A program made the translations under genes and the position numbers. A DNA stretch of 64,000 bases from a virus. Shown one piece after another: positions 27,758-36,360 of the stretch; within the stretch, counting starts at the first letter, position 1, and the number at the start of each line of letters is the position of its first letter. Location: the IMG/VR virus record IMGVR_UViG_3300035162_004754, positions 1-64,000 of that record; one strand, given 5' to 3'. A model generated the notes under the pieces. It had not been told where the DNA came from, did no database searches, and worked only from the letters and a program-made list of their open reading frames with translations.

Positions 27758-27955
27758 GTGGAGGTTATTTTGCACAATCTTATATCTTATAATCAATTAG
27801 CAGGATGGAAAGAAAGTTTTAAAAGGTTCGGTAAAACCCTAGACAGAAGTATAGAGGAATCGGATCTAATCAATGATTATTACAATTGTCTAATTGAGTG
27901 TGATGATAATCAGTCATCATGCAAACGTATATGTCGGGAGGTTCTTAGAGAATAA
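27758..27955 (+). CDS. Small 4-Cys hypothetical protein
   Basis: ORF track; DYYNCLIECDDNQSSCKRIC. Confidence 0.6.
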   Translation: MEVILHNLISYNQLAGWKESFKRFGKTLDRSIEESDLINDYYNCLIECDDNQSSCKRICREVLRE

Positions 27956-28042
27956 TGCATATGGTCTTATCTAAATATTAATACAATAAGGACTCTGGAT
28001 GAGTCCTTTTTTAATGAATGAACCCAATTTGCATGTAAACTG

Positions 28043-28693
28043 ATGAAAATATTTTTAGATACTGCTGATATCGATGAAATCAGTAAGGCAAATACAACAG
28101 GAATGATTGAAGGAATCACAACCAATCCTACTTTGATTAAGAGAAGTGGTCGTGATCCTGTAGAAGTTATCAAAGAGATTTCTTCTATGAGTAATCAATT
28201 TGAGTCTGTATCAGCAGAAGTTGTTGCCGATACTGCCGAAGAAATGATTGATCAGGCAAGTGAATTTGAAGGACTTTGGAATGTTACAATCAAAGTTCCT
28301 TGTACTGTAGAAGGACTGAAGGCATGTACTGCACTTGCTGCCGTTGGAAGAAAGGTTAATGTAACTCTTATCTTCTCTGTGGCACAGGCAATTCTTGCTC
28401 GTCGTGCAGGTGCCGCATATGTTTCTCCTTTTGTAGGAAGACTGAATGATAACTCTGTTTCTGGAGTTGCACTTGTGGATGCAATTGCTAGTGTTTATGA
28501 TCGTCACTTCAGCACGACTCAAGTTCTTGCCGCATCAGTTCGTGATGTTCATCAGGTAGGAAGATGTTTTGATGCTGGTGCGAACATTTGCACTATCCCT
28601 CCAAAAGTATTCTGGGGAATGTATAATCATGTCCTAACCGACCAAGGTCTGGAGCAGTTTCAGCAGGACTGGAATTCTGTTAAGGGTCTGTGA
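28043..28693 (+). CDS. talC: Transaldolase (TalC/FSA family)
   Basis: FLDTAD, GITTNPTL, IKVP, NVTLIFS, YVSPFVGR. Confidence 0.96.
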   Translation: MKIFLDTADIDEISKANTTGMIEGITTNPTLIKRSGRDPVEVIKEISSMSNQFESVSAEVVADTAEEMIDQASEFEGLWNVTIKVPCTVEGLKACTALAAVGRKVNVTLIFSVAQAILARRAGAAYVSPFVGRLNDNSVSGVALVDAIASVYDRHFSTTQVLAASVRDVHQVGRCFDAGANICTIPPKVFWGMYNHVLTDQGLEQFQQDWNSVKGL

Positions 28694-28788
28694 TTAGTTC
28701 ATCTACACCCGATAAACTGGCAGAGATTATTCGGGACACTTGGCCTCAACTCTATCGAAAACATAAAGTAGGTATAACTTCTCATTGA
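28690..28788 (+). CDS. 32-aa peptide (ISSSTPDKLAEIIRDTWPQLYR...)
   Basis: Hand-translated GTG-start ORF coupled to the talC stop. Confidence 0.45.
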   Translation: MISSSTPDKLAEIIRDTWPQLYRKHKVGITSH

Positions 28789-28818
28789 CTTCTATTGTAA
28801 AGAAGTGTAAACTAAATA
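28785..28818 (+). promoter_or_regulatory. psbD promoter with overlapping HLR1-like direct repeat
   Basis: TTGACT-17 nt-TAAACT; TGTAAA-GAAG-TGTAAA at 28796-28811; CTAAATA follows. Confidence 0.55.
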
Positions 28819-28839
28819 CCATAAGTTTATTACGGAGTT

Positions 28840-29901
28840 ATGACTACTTCATCACTTTCACCCCCAATTACACAAAGAGGATGGTTCGATGTCTTGGATG
28901 ACTGGCTTAAACGGGATCGTTTTGTCTTTGTGGGTTGGTCTGGACTACTACTTCTTCCCACTGCTTATTTGTCAATTGGTGGCTGGCTTACTGGCACAAC
29001 TTTCGTTACGTCGTGGTACACCCACGGGTTGGCAACTTCCTATCTTGAAGGTGCTAATTTCCTTACAGCGGCTGTGTCAACGCCTGCTGATGCTATGGGT
29101 CATTCTCTTCTTCTACTTTGGGGTCCTGAGTCTCAAGGGGACTTTCAGCGGTGGCTCCAACTTGGAGGGCTTTGGTCCTTTGTTGCTCTCCACGGTGCAT
29201 TTGCCCTTATAGGTTTTATGTTACGTCAGTTTGAACTGGCACGTCTCATCGGTATCCGTCCCTACAATGCGATTGCTTTTTCCGGTCCTATTGCTGTATT
29301 CGTGTCTGTATTCCTCATCTATCCTTTGGGACAGTCATCTTGGTTCTTTGCGCCGAGTTTCGGTGTTGCGGCGATTTTCAGGTTCCTTCTCTTCCTCCAG
29401 GGCTTTCATAACTGGACGCTCAACCCCTTCCATATGATGGGAGTTGCTGGTATACTGGGAGGAGCACTGCTCAGTGCTATTCATGGAGTAACCGTAGAGA
29501 ATACATTGTATGAAGATGGAGAGCAAGCAAATACATTTAAAGCGTTCGATTCCACTCAGGAGGAGGAGACCTATTCGATGGTTACTGCGAACCGTTTTTG
29601 GTCGCAAATCTTCGGCATTGCTTTTAGCAATAAGCGTTGGTTGCACTTCTTTATGTTGTTTGTTCCTGTCATGGGTCTCTGGACATCTTCTATTGGCATC
29701 ATTGGGCTTGCTCTTAATCTTCGTGCTTATGATTTTGTAAGTCAAGAGATCAGAGCAGCAGAAGATCCAGAATTTGAGACAATGTACACGAAGAACATAT
29801 TATTATCGGAGGGCATCCGTGTTTGGTTGTCTCAAGTAGACCAGCCACATGAGAATTTCCAATTTCCAGAGGAAATTATGCCGAGGGGTAATGCTCTGTA
29901 A
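28840..29901 (+). CDS. psbD: Photosystem II D2 protein
   Basis: Full D2 sequence from [11 protein letters not shown] to PRGNAL. Confidence 0.98.
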   Translation: MTTSSLSPPITQRGWFDVLDDWLKRDRFVFVGWSGLLLLPTAYLSIGGWLTGTTFVTSWYTHGLATSYLEGANFLTAAVSTPADAMGHSLLLLWGPESQGDFQRWLQLGGLWSFVALHGAFALIGFMLRQFELARLIGIRPYNAIAFSGPIAVFVSVFLIYPLGQSSWFFAPSFGVAAIFRFLLFLQGFHNWTLNPFHMMGVAGILGGALLSAIHGVTVENTLYEDGEQANTFKAFDSTQEEETYSMVTANRFWSQIFGIAFSNKRWLHFFMLFVPVMGLWTSSIGIIGLALNLRAYDFVSQEIRAAEDPEFETMYTKNILLSEGIRVWLSQVDQPHENFQFPEEIMPRGNAL

Positions 29902-29954
29902 CCTTTAATAAGGATTCTTGTTATTAAAACTTTCACCCTAACCTTTAATAAGAC

Positions 29955-30200
29955 ATGATCAAATCACTATTCAGTATTATATTTGCTGCTCTAATGTGGG
30001 TTCAAGTCCCACAATGGAGTGATGATTGGTCTAAGTGTGCTGTTGATGTACCAGACACAGCATGTCATTGGTATATTACCGCACCCGATAACACCATGGG
30101 TGAAGGATTTAGTTGGGCAAATGCCCCTTGGTTTAGTGCTGAAGGTCTCCTTGACATTGGAGAACTTCACAACACAGTTCAATCTTTACAGGAAGCATGA
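29955..30200 (+). CDS. Conserved hypothetical protein with signal/TM segment
   Basis: ORF track; WVQVPQWSDDWSKC. Confidence 0.7.
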   Translation: MIKSLFSIIFAALMWVQVPQWSDDWSKCAVDVPDTACHWYITAPDNTMGEGFSWANAPWFSAEGLLDIGELHNTVQSLQEA

Positions 30201-30409
30201 TGAATCACTATCTCGTATTTGTTTATGGAGTATGTTTCTCCCTTATTGGAGGTGCTGCATTTGCAATGATGTGGAGTAATATCAAATCTATCAATGATGA
30301 TATGAGAAAACCTCCTAAACCAAAACATCCAGAAGCACCACAGGCAGGAGAAGAAGTTATGTATGTAGATTTGTCCAGAGAAAAACTGGAAGATCTTTAC
30401 AAGGACTAA
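30197..30409 (+). CDS. DUF2973-like membrane protein
   Basis: TM helix followed by HPEAP..GEE..YV. Confidence 0.6.
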   Translation: MMNHYLVFVYGVCFSLIGGAAFAMMWSNIKSINDDMRKPPKPKHPEAPQAGEEVMYVDLSREKLEDLYKD

Positions 30410-30533
30410 ACTAACGTGTTAAAGAAATCTCATATCCTTAACACATCAAAGACAATGTGTTAAGTGTCCCACCACCTCTTTACAAGGGTGGTTTTTTATT
30501 GTATACTGAGAGGGTTAGAAACCCTCTTTTTTT

Positions 30534-31232
30534 ATGGAAGTAATTATAGAAGGCAAGGTCAAAACTGTGTATTCTGGTGACGATGCTGATCGTGTCATCA
30601 TTGAATATCATGATAAGGTAACTGCTGGTAATGGGGAGAAGGAAGATCATCCTTTAGGAAAAGGATCCCTTTGCTGTAGTATCTCATCTATTATCTTTGA
30701 GAAACTTGCCAAAGAAAATATCCCAACACATTATATTAATATGGTTGGTGCTAACAAGATGATCTGTAAGAAAGTAGACATCGTTCCATTAGAAGTTATT
30801 TGTCGTAATCGTGCTGCCGGATCTATTGTTCGTGAGACAACTCTGACAGAAGGTGCGCCACTACCACAACCGATTGTTGAGTTCTTTTTAAAGGATGATA
30901 GTAAGCACGATCCTTTACTTACACCAGACCGTGTGCGTTTGATGGGATATGATCCTGAGCCTTTCATTGAGATGACATTAAGGATTAATGATTATCTTCG
31001 TCAGATGTTTTATATCATGGGCATTGATTTGGTTGATTTTAAAGTTGAGTATGGTTATGATGCTCATGGTGATTTGTATCTTGCCGATGAGATCAGTCCT
31101 GATAGTATGAGACTATGGAGGATTGGTAGTGACGAACGATTTGATAAAGATCTATTCCGAAAAGACGAAGGTGATATTGTACCTGCCTATCGTTACATCC
31201 TTGACCGACTACAACCACTTGCAATTCAATGA
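30534..31232 (+). CDS. purC: SAICAR synthetase
   Basis: EGKVKTVY, PLEVICRNRAAGS, LVDFKVEYG, LADEISPDSMRLW, DKDLFR. Confidence 0.96.
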   Translation: MEVIIEGKVKTVYSGDDADRVIIEYHDKVTAGNGEKEDHPLGKGSLCCSISSIIFEKLAKENIPTHYINMVGANKMICKKVDIVPLEVICRNRAAGSIVRETTLTEGAPLPQPIVEFFLKDDSKHDPLLTPDRVRLMGYDPEPFIEMTLRINDYLRQMFYIMGIDLVDFKVEYGYDAHGDLYLADEISPDSMRLWRIGSDERFDKDLFRKDEGDIVPAYRYILDRLQPLAIQ

Positions 31233-31465
31233 CCATCAAAGAAAAGAAAGCACTTATTAAAACACTTGAGAATGCCTACAACACTTGTTTTGATTGTGGA
31301 CATAAGTATGGAGTTTATTCTGTAGGATGTTCATCTGTGTATGAATCAAAGTGTGGTGTATGTGGTGAGACAAAACCCATCACAGAAACCAGGGACTTTG
31401 GTTATTTCATCACTGGTATTCGTAAACTTAAACTTGAGATTCAAAATGAAACACGAAATCCCTGA
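31229..31465 (+). CDS. Zn-finger hypothetical protein
   Basis: CFDCG...CGVCG motifs. Confidence 0.65.
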   Translation: MTIKEKKALIKTLENAYNTCFDCGHKYGVYSVGCSSVYESKCGVCGETKPITETRDFGYFITGIRKLKLEIQNETRNP

Positions 31466-31718
31466 CATCATTAGAAAGAACTGCTTTGATTGCTTCAAGA
31501 GTTTGAATGCTGCTGAGAGAGCAGTTGTTATGTTTGGTGAGGAAGAGTATCGTAAGTCATTAGACCTTGAGAATGATGATGCTCCCTGTTGGAAGATACC
31601 CAGTGAAGAGTCAACAACCTTTGTTGGTTGGAACCCTATGTGTATCCCAACAATGGATTACATAGTATGGAAACTAAAACGTCGTGAGCAAATTGCCAGA
31701 GGTGAAGTCATTGGATAA
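31446..31718 (+). CDS. Hypothetical protein
   Basis: ORF track, start moved to ATG 31446. Confidence 0.65.
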   Translation: MKHEIPDIIRKNCFDCFKSLNAAERAVVMFGEEEYRKSLDLENDDAPCWKIPSEESTTFVGWNPMCIPTMDYIVWKLKRREQIARGEVIG

Positions 31719-31881
31719 GTTATCAAAAGAAGAGATGAGGTCTAAGATCAAAGAGTTCTCTGCACTTCTCAAAAGTCAAAGAGAACACTGGGACAAGGAA
31801 AATAAGATTGGATTTACATATTCTTGCGATCTAATCTCGCAATCATTGATTACTTTATACATTCGTTTAGGAAGAGACTGA
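31711..31881 (+). CDS. Hypothetical protein
   Basis: ORF track, probable TTG start at 31711; TGATG-coupled to purM. Confidence 0.5.
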   Translation: MDKLSKEEMRSKIKEFSALLKSQREHWDKENKIGFTYSCDLISQSLITLYIRLGRD

Positions 31882-32816
31882 TGGACTACAAGACTTCTGG
31901 TGTTGACATTATCAAGGGTAGATCCTTTGTAGAGTATATTAAAGCACTGGCACCTAATGTTGGTGGTTTTAATGGAATGATGGAGGTCCCATCAGGATAT
32001 GAGAAACCTGTATTAGTATCTGGTGCTGATGGTGTCGGAACTAAAATTAACATTTGTAGGATTGCTCATGATTACACCACTATTGGCCAGGACCTTGTTG
32101 CTATGTGCGTCAATGACGTTATATGTTCTGGTGCTAAACCATTATATTTTCTAGATTATATCTCTACTAAATCACTTGATGATAATGTCAGTGATATTGT
32201 GTATGGAGTTAATGTTGGTTGTGTGATGGCTGGAATGGAATTGCTAGGTGGAGAAACTGCCGAACATTTTAGAGCAACTGATTATGACCTTGCTGGTTTC
32301 TGCACTGGTATTGTAGAGAAGAACCAGATTATTGATGGTAGTGAAATGTGGCCGGGTGATGTAGTCATTGGTATTGAGAGTAGTGGTCTTCATAGTAATG
32401 GATACACACTGGTCAATGATATGCTGTGGCGAAATTATATTTACTATAAGGAGATGCCGGAACTGTTGGTGCCAACCACCATCTATGCCCGTCTCATTCA
32501 GCACCTGTTGGACGAAGTTCCTATCCTAGGAATGGCACATATTACTGGAGGAGGACTGCCTGAGAACCTCCCACGATGCCTTCCAGAGCATCTGACTGTC
32601 GATGTTGATTGGTCTGCTTGGGAACGACCGGAACTCTTTAACAAGATACAGGAGGCAGGAGAGATTGCCGAGGAGGAGATGAGAAATGTATTCAACTGTG
32701 GTATTGGATTCTGTTTAGTTGTGCCACCAGATGCAGTAGAATTGGTCCAGAATTTTATTGCCGATACTCCATTTGGTATGAGGTCTTGGAACATTGGAAC
32801 TGTTAGAAACAAATGA
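31881..32816 (+). CDS. purM: AIR synthetase
   Basis: YKTSGVDI, DGVGTK, GQDLVAMCVND, GGETAE, SSGLHSNGY, HITGGG, FNCGIG. Confidence 0.96.
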   Translation: MDYKTSGVDIIKGRSFVEYIKALAPNVGGFNGMMEVPSGYEKPVLVSGADGVGTKINICRIAHDYTTIGQDLVAMCVNDVICSGAKPLYFLDYISTKSLDDNVSDIVYGVNVGCVMAGMELLGGETAEHFRATDYDLAGFCTGIVEKNQIIDGSEMWPGDVVIGIESSGLHSNGYTLVNDMLWRNYIYYKEMPELLVPTTIYARLIQHLLDEVPILGMAHITGGGLPENLPRCLPEHLTVDVDWSAWERPELFNKIQEAGEIAEEEMRNVFNCGIGFCLVVPPDAVELVQNFIADTPFGMRSWNIGTVRNK

Positions 32817-33317
32817 GTGGATATTATGGAAGTTAATCAACAGTATTATAAGTATTGGAAGGACATTTGGAGTTCTCAATCTGAAGAAGTATTAGATGCG
32901 ACTGCACTTATTCGTGTTGTGGAATGCACGAATGGATGTGTACAACATGCATTTAGAGATGGTGATGAGAGAGCATTGTCTGTCGAACAGAGTCGAGAGT
33001 GTATGAAACTTTCGATGGGAACAATTAAAAATAAAGTATTGCCATTGCCTGATGGAAGAACTAAGGTTATTCTTCCAGAAGAATGTCATGAGATTATGAA
33101 TACTGCACGGGATTTATATGTTCGTGGATTTAAGCAAGGAGATGAAGAAGCACTCGAAGAATTTTTTGCATTATCAAAGGCACACTTCCAAGTATTAGGT
33201 CGCAAACTTATTGATGAGAAGTTTAGATTTTTTGCGGAACATTTTGAGGATATGTTCACTTCATATTGGATTATGATGGGAAGAATGTATATCTATGATA
33301 TGGGTGAGTTTATCTAA
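32817..33317 (+). CDS. Hypothetical protein
   Basis: ORF track only. Confidence 0.65.
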   Translation: MDIMEVNQQYYKYWKDIWSSQSEEVLDATALIRVVECTNGCVQHAFRDGDERALSVEQSRECMKLSMGTIKNKVLPLPDGRTKVILPEECHEIMNTARDLYVRGFKQGDEEALEEFFALSKAHFQVLGRKLIDEKFRFFAEHFEDMFTSYWIMMGRMYIYDMGEFI

Positions 33318-33340
33318 ATAATCGTAAGACGCAATCTTTT

Positions 33341-33712
33341 ATGCCTCTCTACAATTCTCCTCAAGCCTATGTCTTCAACCTCCAAACAACAAGTTCTGCA
33401 GAAGCAAAAAGGTTATGGAGGTCAAAGATAAAGGAAGAGTGGGGATATGAGTGTGCCTATTGTGGATCGCAAGATAATCTTACGATAGATCATATTGTTC
33501 CAAAGGCAAAGGGTGGACCAGAGTTTACAAAAAATCTTTTGTGTGCCTGCCATGATTGTAATCAAGATAAAGCATATTCTCCTATGGAAGATTGGTATCT
33601 TTCGCAGGAGTTTTTTAATGTTGATCGATACGAGAAAATTAAGAAGTGGATGGAACCAGAACCGGCAGTGAATCTTTATCGGTATGGTTCTAGAAGAAAC
33701 AACCTATTATAA
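33341..33712 (+). CDS. HNH endonuclease
   Basis: [27 protein letters not shown]. Confidence 0.9.
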   Translation: MPLYNSPQAYVFNLQTTSSAEAKRLWRSKIKEEWGYECAYCGSQDNLTIDHIVPKAKGGPEFTKNLLCACHDCNQDKAYSPMEDWYLSQEFFNVDRYEKIKKWMEPEPAVNLYRYGSRRNNLL

Positions 33713-33771
33713 ATAAATGAAAAAGGACAGTATATACTGTTCTGAAACGGTACATACCGATAGAAGAATAG

Positions 33772-35997
33772 ATGGCCACTCCGATTAGGATTAAAAGGTC
33801 AGCGGTTGCTGGCAAGAAACCAACAGATGGACAGTTACAGTTAGGTGAATTAGCTGTAAACTTTTATGATGGTAAAATTTTCCTGAAGCAGGATACTGGT
33901 GGAGTTGGTGTTGGAACAAGAATTGTAGAAGTTGGTGCAGGAAACACTACATTTGCAGGTAAGACTTTATTTGTTACTGAAAATGGTAATGATGATAATA
34001 CTGGGTTAGATGATAATAATGCAAAGGCAACAATTAAAGCAGCAGTGGCACTTGCATCTCCTGGTGATACTGTAAAAGTATTTCCTGGAACTTATACTGA
34101 AAATAATCCAATCAATCTTCCAGATAATGTTTCTGTAGAAGGAACAGAACTTCGTCGTTGTCTGGTTGCACCACAAAATACAAATACTGATTTATTTTAT
34201 GTAAGTCAAGGATGTCATGTTACTGACTTGAGTTTTGTCGGTGGTCCAATGACGAATGGTGCAGCAGTTATTGCACTCAGACCACTTGTTGGTGTATCTT
34301 CTGATAGATTTTTTGATGCCGCAAGAATTATTCGTGCAAATTTAGATTTTATTGCGAAAGAAGCAGTAGGTTATATAACAAGTACGGATTATAAAAATCC
34401 TGCTATTACAATTGATTCGATAAATTGTGCTGATGATGTTAAAGATATCTACAAAGCAGTTTGTCATGATATTACCAGAGGTGGTAATTCCAAATCTATT
34501 GGAGCAGGTAAATCATACTTTGATATCAACGGGAATTTAGATCATATTGTTGGCTTTGGTGCAACAACAATTGATGTACTTGATTATTCTATTGGTATTG
34601 CTCGTTCTTGTATCAATAATATTACTTGGAATGGTGGATACCAATCGACTTATACTCAGATAAAAGATGTAAGTATTCAGGCAGAAGGTGGATCATATGG
34701 TATAGGAAACTGTGCCAATGTGAATTCTGCGATTACAGTTTGTGTTGGTATTGTAACTGGAATTATTCAGAATGGTATTAGTGGAAACCCTGCAACAACC
34801 GGATTCACTACAAACTTCCCTGGTAATAGTGGAACAATCAACTCTGGTATCTTAACTTCATCTCTTAGTCCATTACAAGGAACCGGTATTATTACAAAAG
34901 GTCCTTACATAAGAAACTGTACCAATTTCATTCAGGATAGTATTGGTGCTAAGGTTGATGGTTTTAATGCCGATGAAGGAGATAAGATAAGCACGATAGG
35001 AGTTCAGGGTTCATTTAATATTGATTCTTATACACAATTTAATCAAGGTGGCATTGGAGTTTCAGTAACTAATGGTGCTTATGCTCAATTAGTGTCACTC
35101 TTTACTATCTGTGATGATATTGCAGTTTATACTGCCAATGGTGGTCAATGCGATTTAACGAACTCTAATTCATCATTCGGAACTAAAGGATTAGTTGCCG
35201 AAGGTGTTGGTGATGAGACTTCTAAGTGTAATGATCGTTATACTGGAACTGTAAGTTCTACTGCAGCAGTAGGTCAAAATCTAGTTGTCGTTTCTGGTGT
35301 AGGAAATAATCGTCCTTATGATGGACAGGCAGTTTATTTTGATCGTAAGTATTTTATTGTGAGTGATATTAAGGTTACGAATGGTGGTTCTGGATATACT
35401 TCACCACCAATTGTAAGTATTGATGCTCCAACAGGACCTGGTGTTGCTGTTCCTGCACAAGCTATAGCAACTATTGAAAATGGTGCTGTTACTGTTGTCA
35501 CTGTAAGAAGTGCGGGATCACAATATGAAAGTGTTCCTAATGTTACTTTCAGTGGTGGTGGAGGATCAAGTGCTGCTGCTACGGCAGAGACTGATACAAT
35601 TTATTATGATGTTCTTGAGGCAACTGAACCATCTGCAGGTATCACAACTATTAGTTTGGTACAAAATCTAAATAATGAAGTTGGAGTTGGTTTCACATCA
35701 TTCTTTGCCAGACAGAGTTTTCAACTTGTAAGTTCGCAATCTTTTCAATACATTGGTTCCGGTAACACAATTGAAACTGCATATCCATCGAGAGGTGGAG
35801 TGACTATACAAGCTAATGAGATCATAACTACTGATGGTGGAAGAATTAATTATACCAGCACAGATCAAAGAGGTAACTTTAGGATTGGTGATGGTGTTTT
35901 AATTGATCAAACAACTGGAAATATATCCGGTGATGTTTACATTAAAAGTTTATTCACGCAAGTGACACCATTCATTCTTGCCTTAGGAGGAGATTAA
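33772..35997 (+). CDS. Virion fibre/structural protein (fibre-type N-terminus, beta-helix-like region, helical insert)
   Basis: IRIKRSAVAGKKP..GELAVN..DGK N-terminus typical of T4-like fibres; late promoter TATAAATA at 33708-33715. Confidence 0.7.
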   Translation: MATPIRIKRSAVAGKKPTDGQLQLGELAVNFYDGKIFLKQDTGGVGVGTRIVEVGAGNTTFAGKTLFVTENGNDDNTGLDDNNAKATIKAAVALASPGDTVKVFPGTYTENNPINLPDNVSVEGTELRRCLVAPQNTNTDLFYVSQGCHVTDLSFVGGPMTNGAAVIALRPLVGVSSDRFFDAARIIRANLDFIAKEAVGYITSTDYKNPAITIDSINCADDVKDIYKAVCHDITRGGNSKSIGAGKSYFDINGNLDHIVGFGATTIDVLDYSIGIARSCINNITWNGGYQSTYTQIKDVSIQAEGGSYGIGNCANVNSAITVCVGIVTGIIQNGISGNPATTGFTTNFPGNSGTINSGILTSSLSPLQGTGIITKGPYIRNCTNFIQDSIGAKVDGFNADEGDKISTIGVQGSFNIDSYTQFNQGGIGVSVTNGAYAQLVSLFTICDDIAVYTANGGQCDLTNSNSSFGTKGLVAEGVGDETSKCNDRYTGTVSSTAAVGQNLVVVSGVGNNRPYDGQAVYFDRKYFIVSDIKVTNGGSGYTSPPIVSIDAPTGPGVAVPAQAIATIENGAVTVVTVRSAGSQYESVPNVTFSGGGGSSAAATAETDTIYYDVLEATEPSAGITTISLVQNLNNEVGVGFTSFFARQSFQLVSSQSFQYIGSGNTIETAYPSRGGVTIQANEIITTDGGRINYTSTDQRGNFRIGDGVLIDQTTGNISGDVYIKSLFTQVTPFILALGGD

Positions 35998-36001
35998 TCA
36001 A

Positions 36002-36343
36002 ATGGCAGTTGCAGCAGCAGCAGTAAATGTATTCCAAACTGTTACAAATATAGTTGGAACAAGTACAGTCGGAATTTATACAGCACCCATTGGATATACG
36101 GGGGTTGTTCTTCTGGCACAAGTAACTAATATTGGGTCATCGACTCAAACACTTAGTTTTGGTCATCGTAGAAGTGGAACAGATACTGAGATTGTTAAGA
36201 ATTTAGCAATTCCGGCAAGTGACACAGCAAATTTATTGCCAGGAAAACTGGTTGTAGAAACTGGTGACATATTGACTACGGTTGGTAGCACTTCTACTGA
36301 TCTTAAATTTTTATCGAGCATTCTGGAAACATCAAATCTCTAA
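36002..36343 (+). CDS. Small virion structural protein
   Basis: ORF track; YTAP..Y..VVL...KLV.ETGD pattern. Confidence 0.6.
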   Translation: MAVAAAAVNVFQTVTNIVGTSTVGIYTAPIGYTGVVLLAQVTNIGSSTQTLSFGHRRSGTDTEIVKNLAIPASDTANLLPGKLVVETGDILTTVGSTSTDLKFLSSILETSNL

Positions 36344-36360
36344 TATTTTAAAGTAGTAAA

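Noticed and set aside
27758-27955. Calling this gene cp12
   Set aside because: Lacks the AWD.VEEL core and CP12 cysteine spacing.
25762-29745. Antisense and alternate-frame ORFs over psbA, talC and psbD
   Set aside because: Expected by-products of codon bias in conserved genes; no RBS or motif support.
33341-33712. HNH gene as part of an intron or mobile element
   Set aside because: No interrupted gene, intron core or terminal repeats visible around it.
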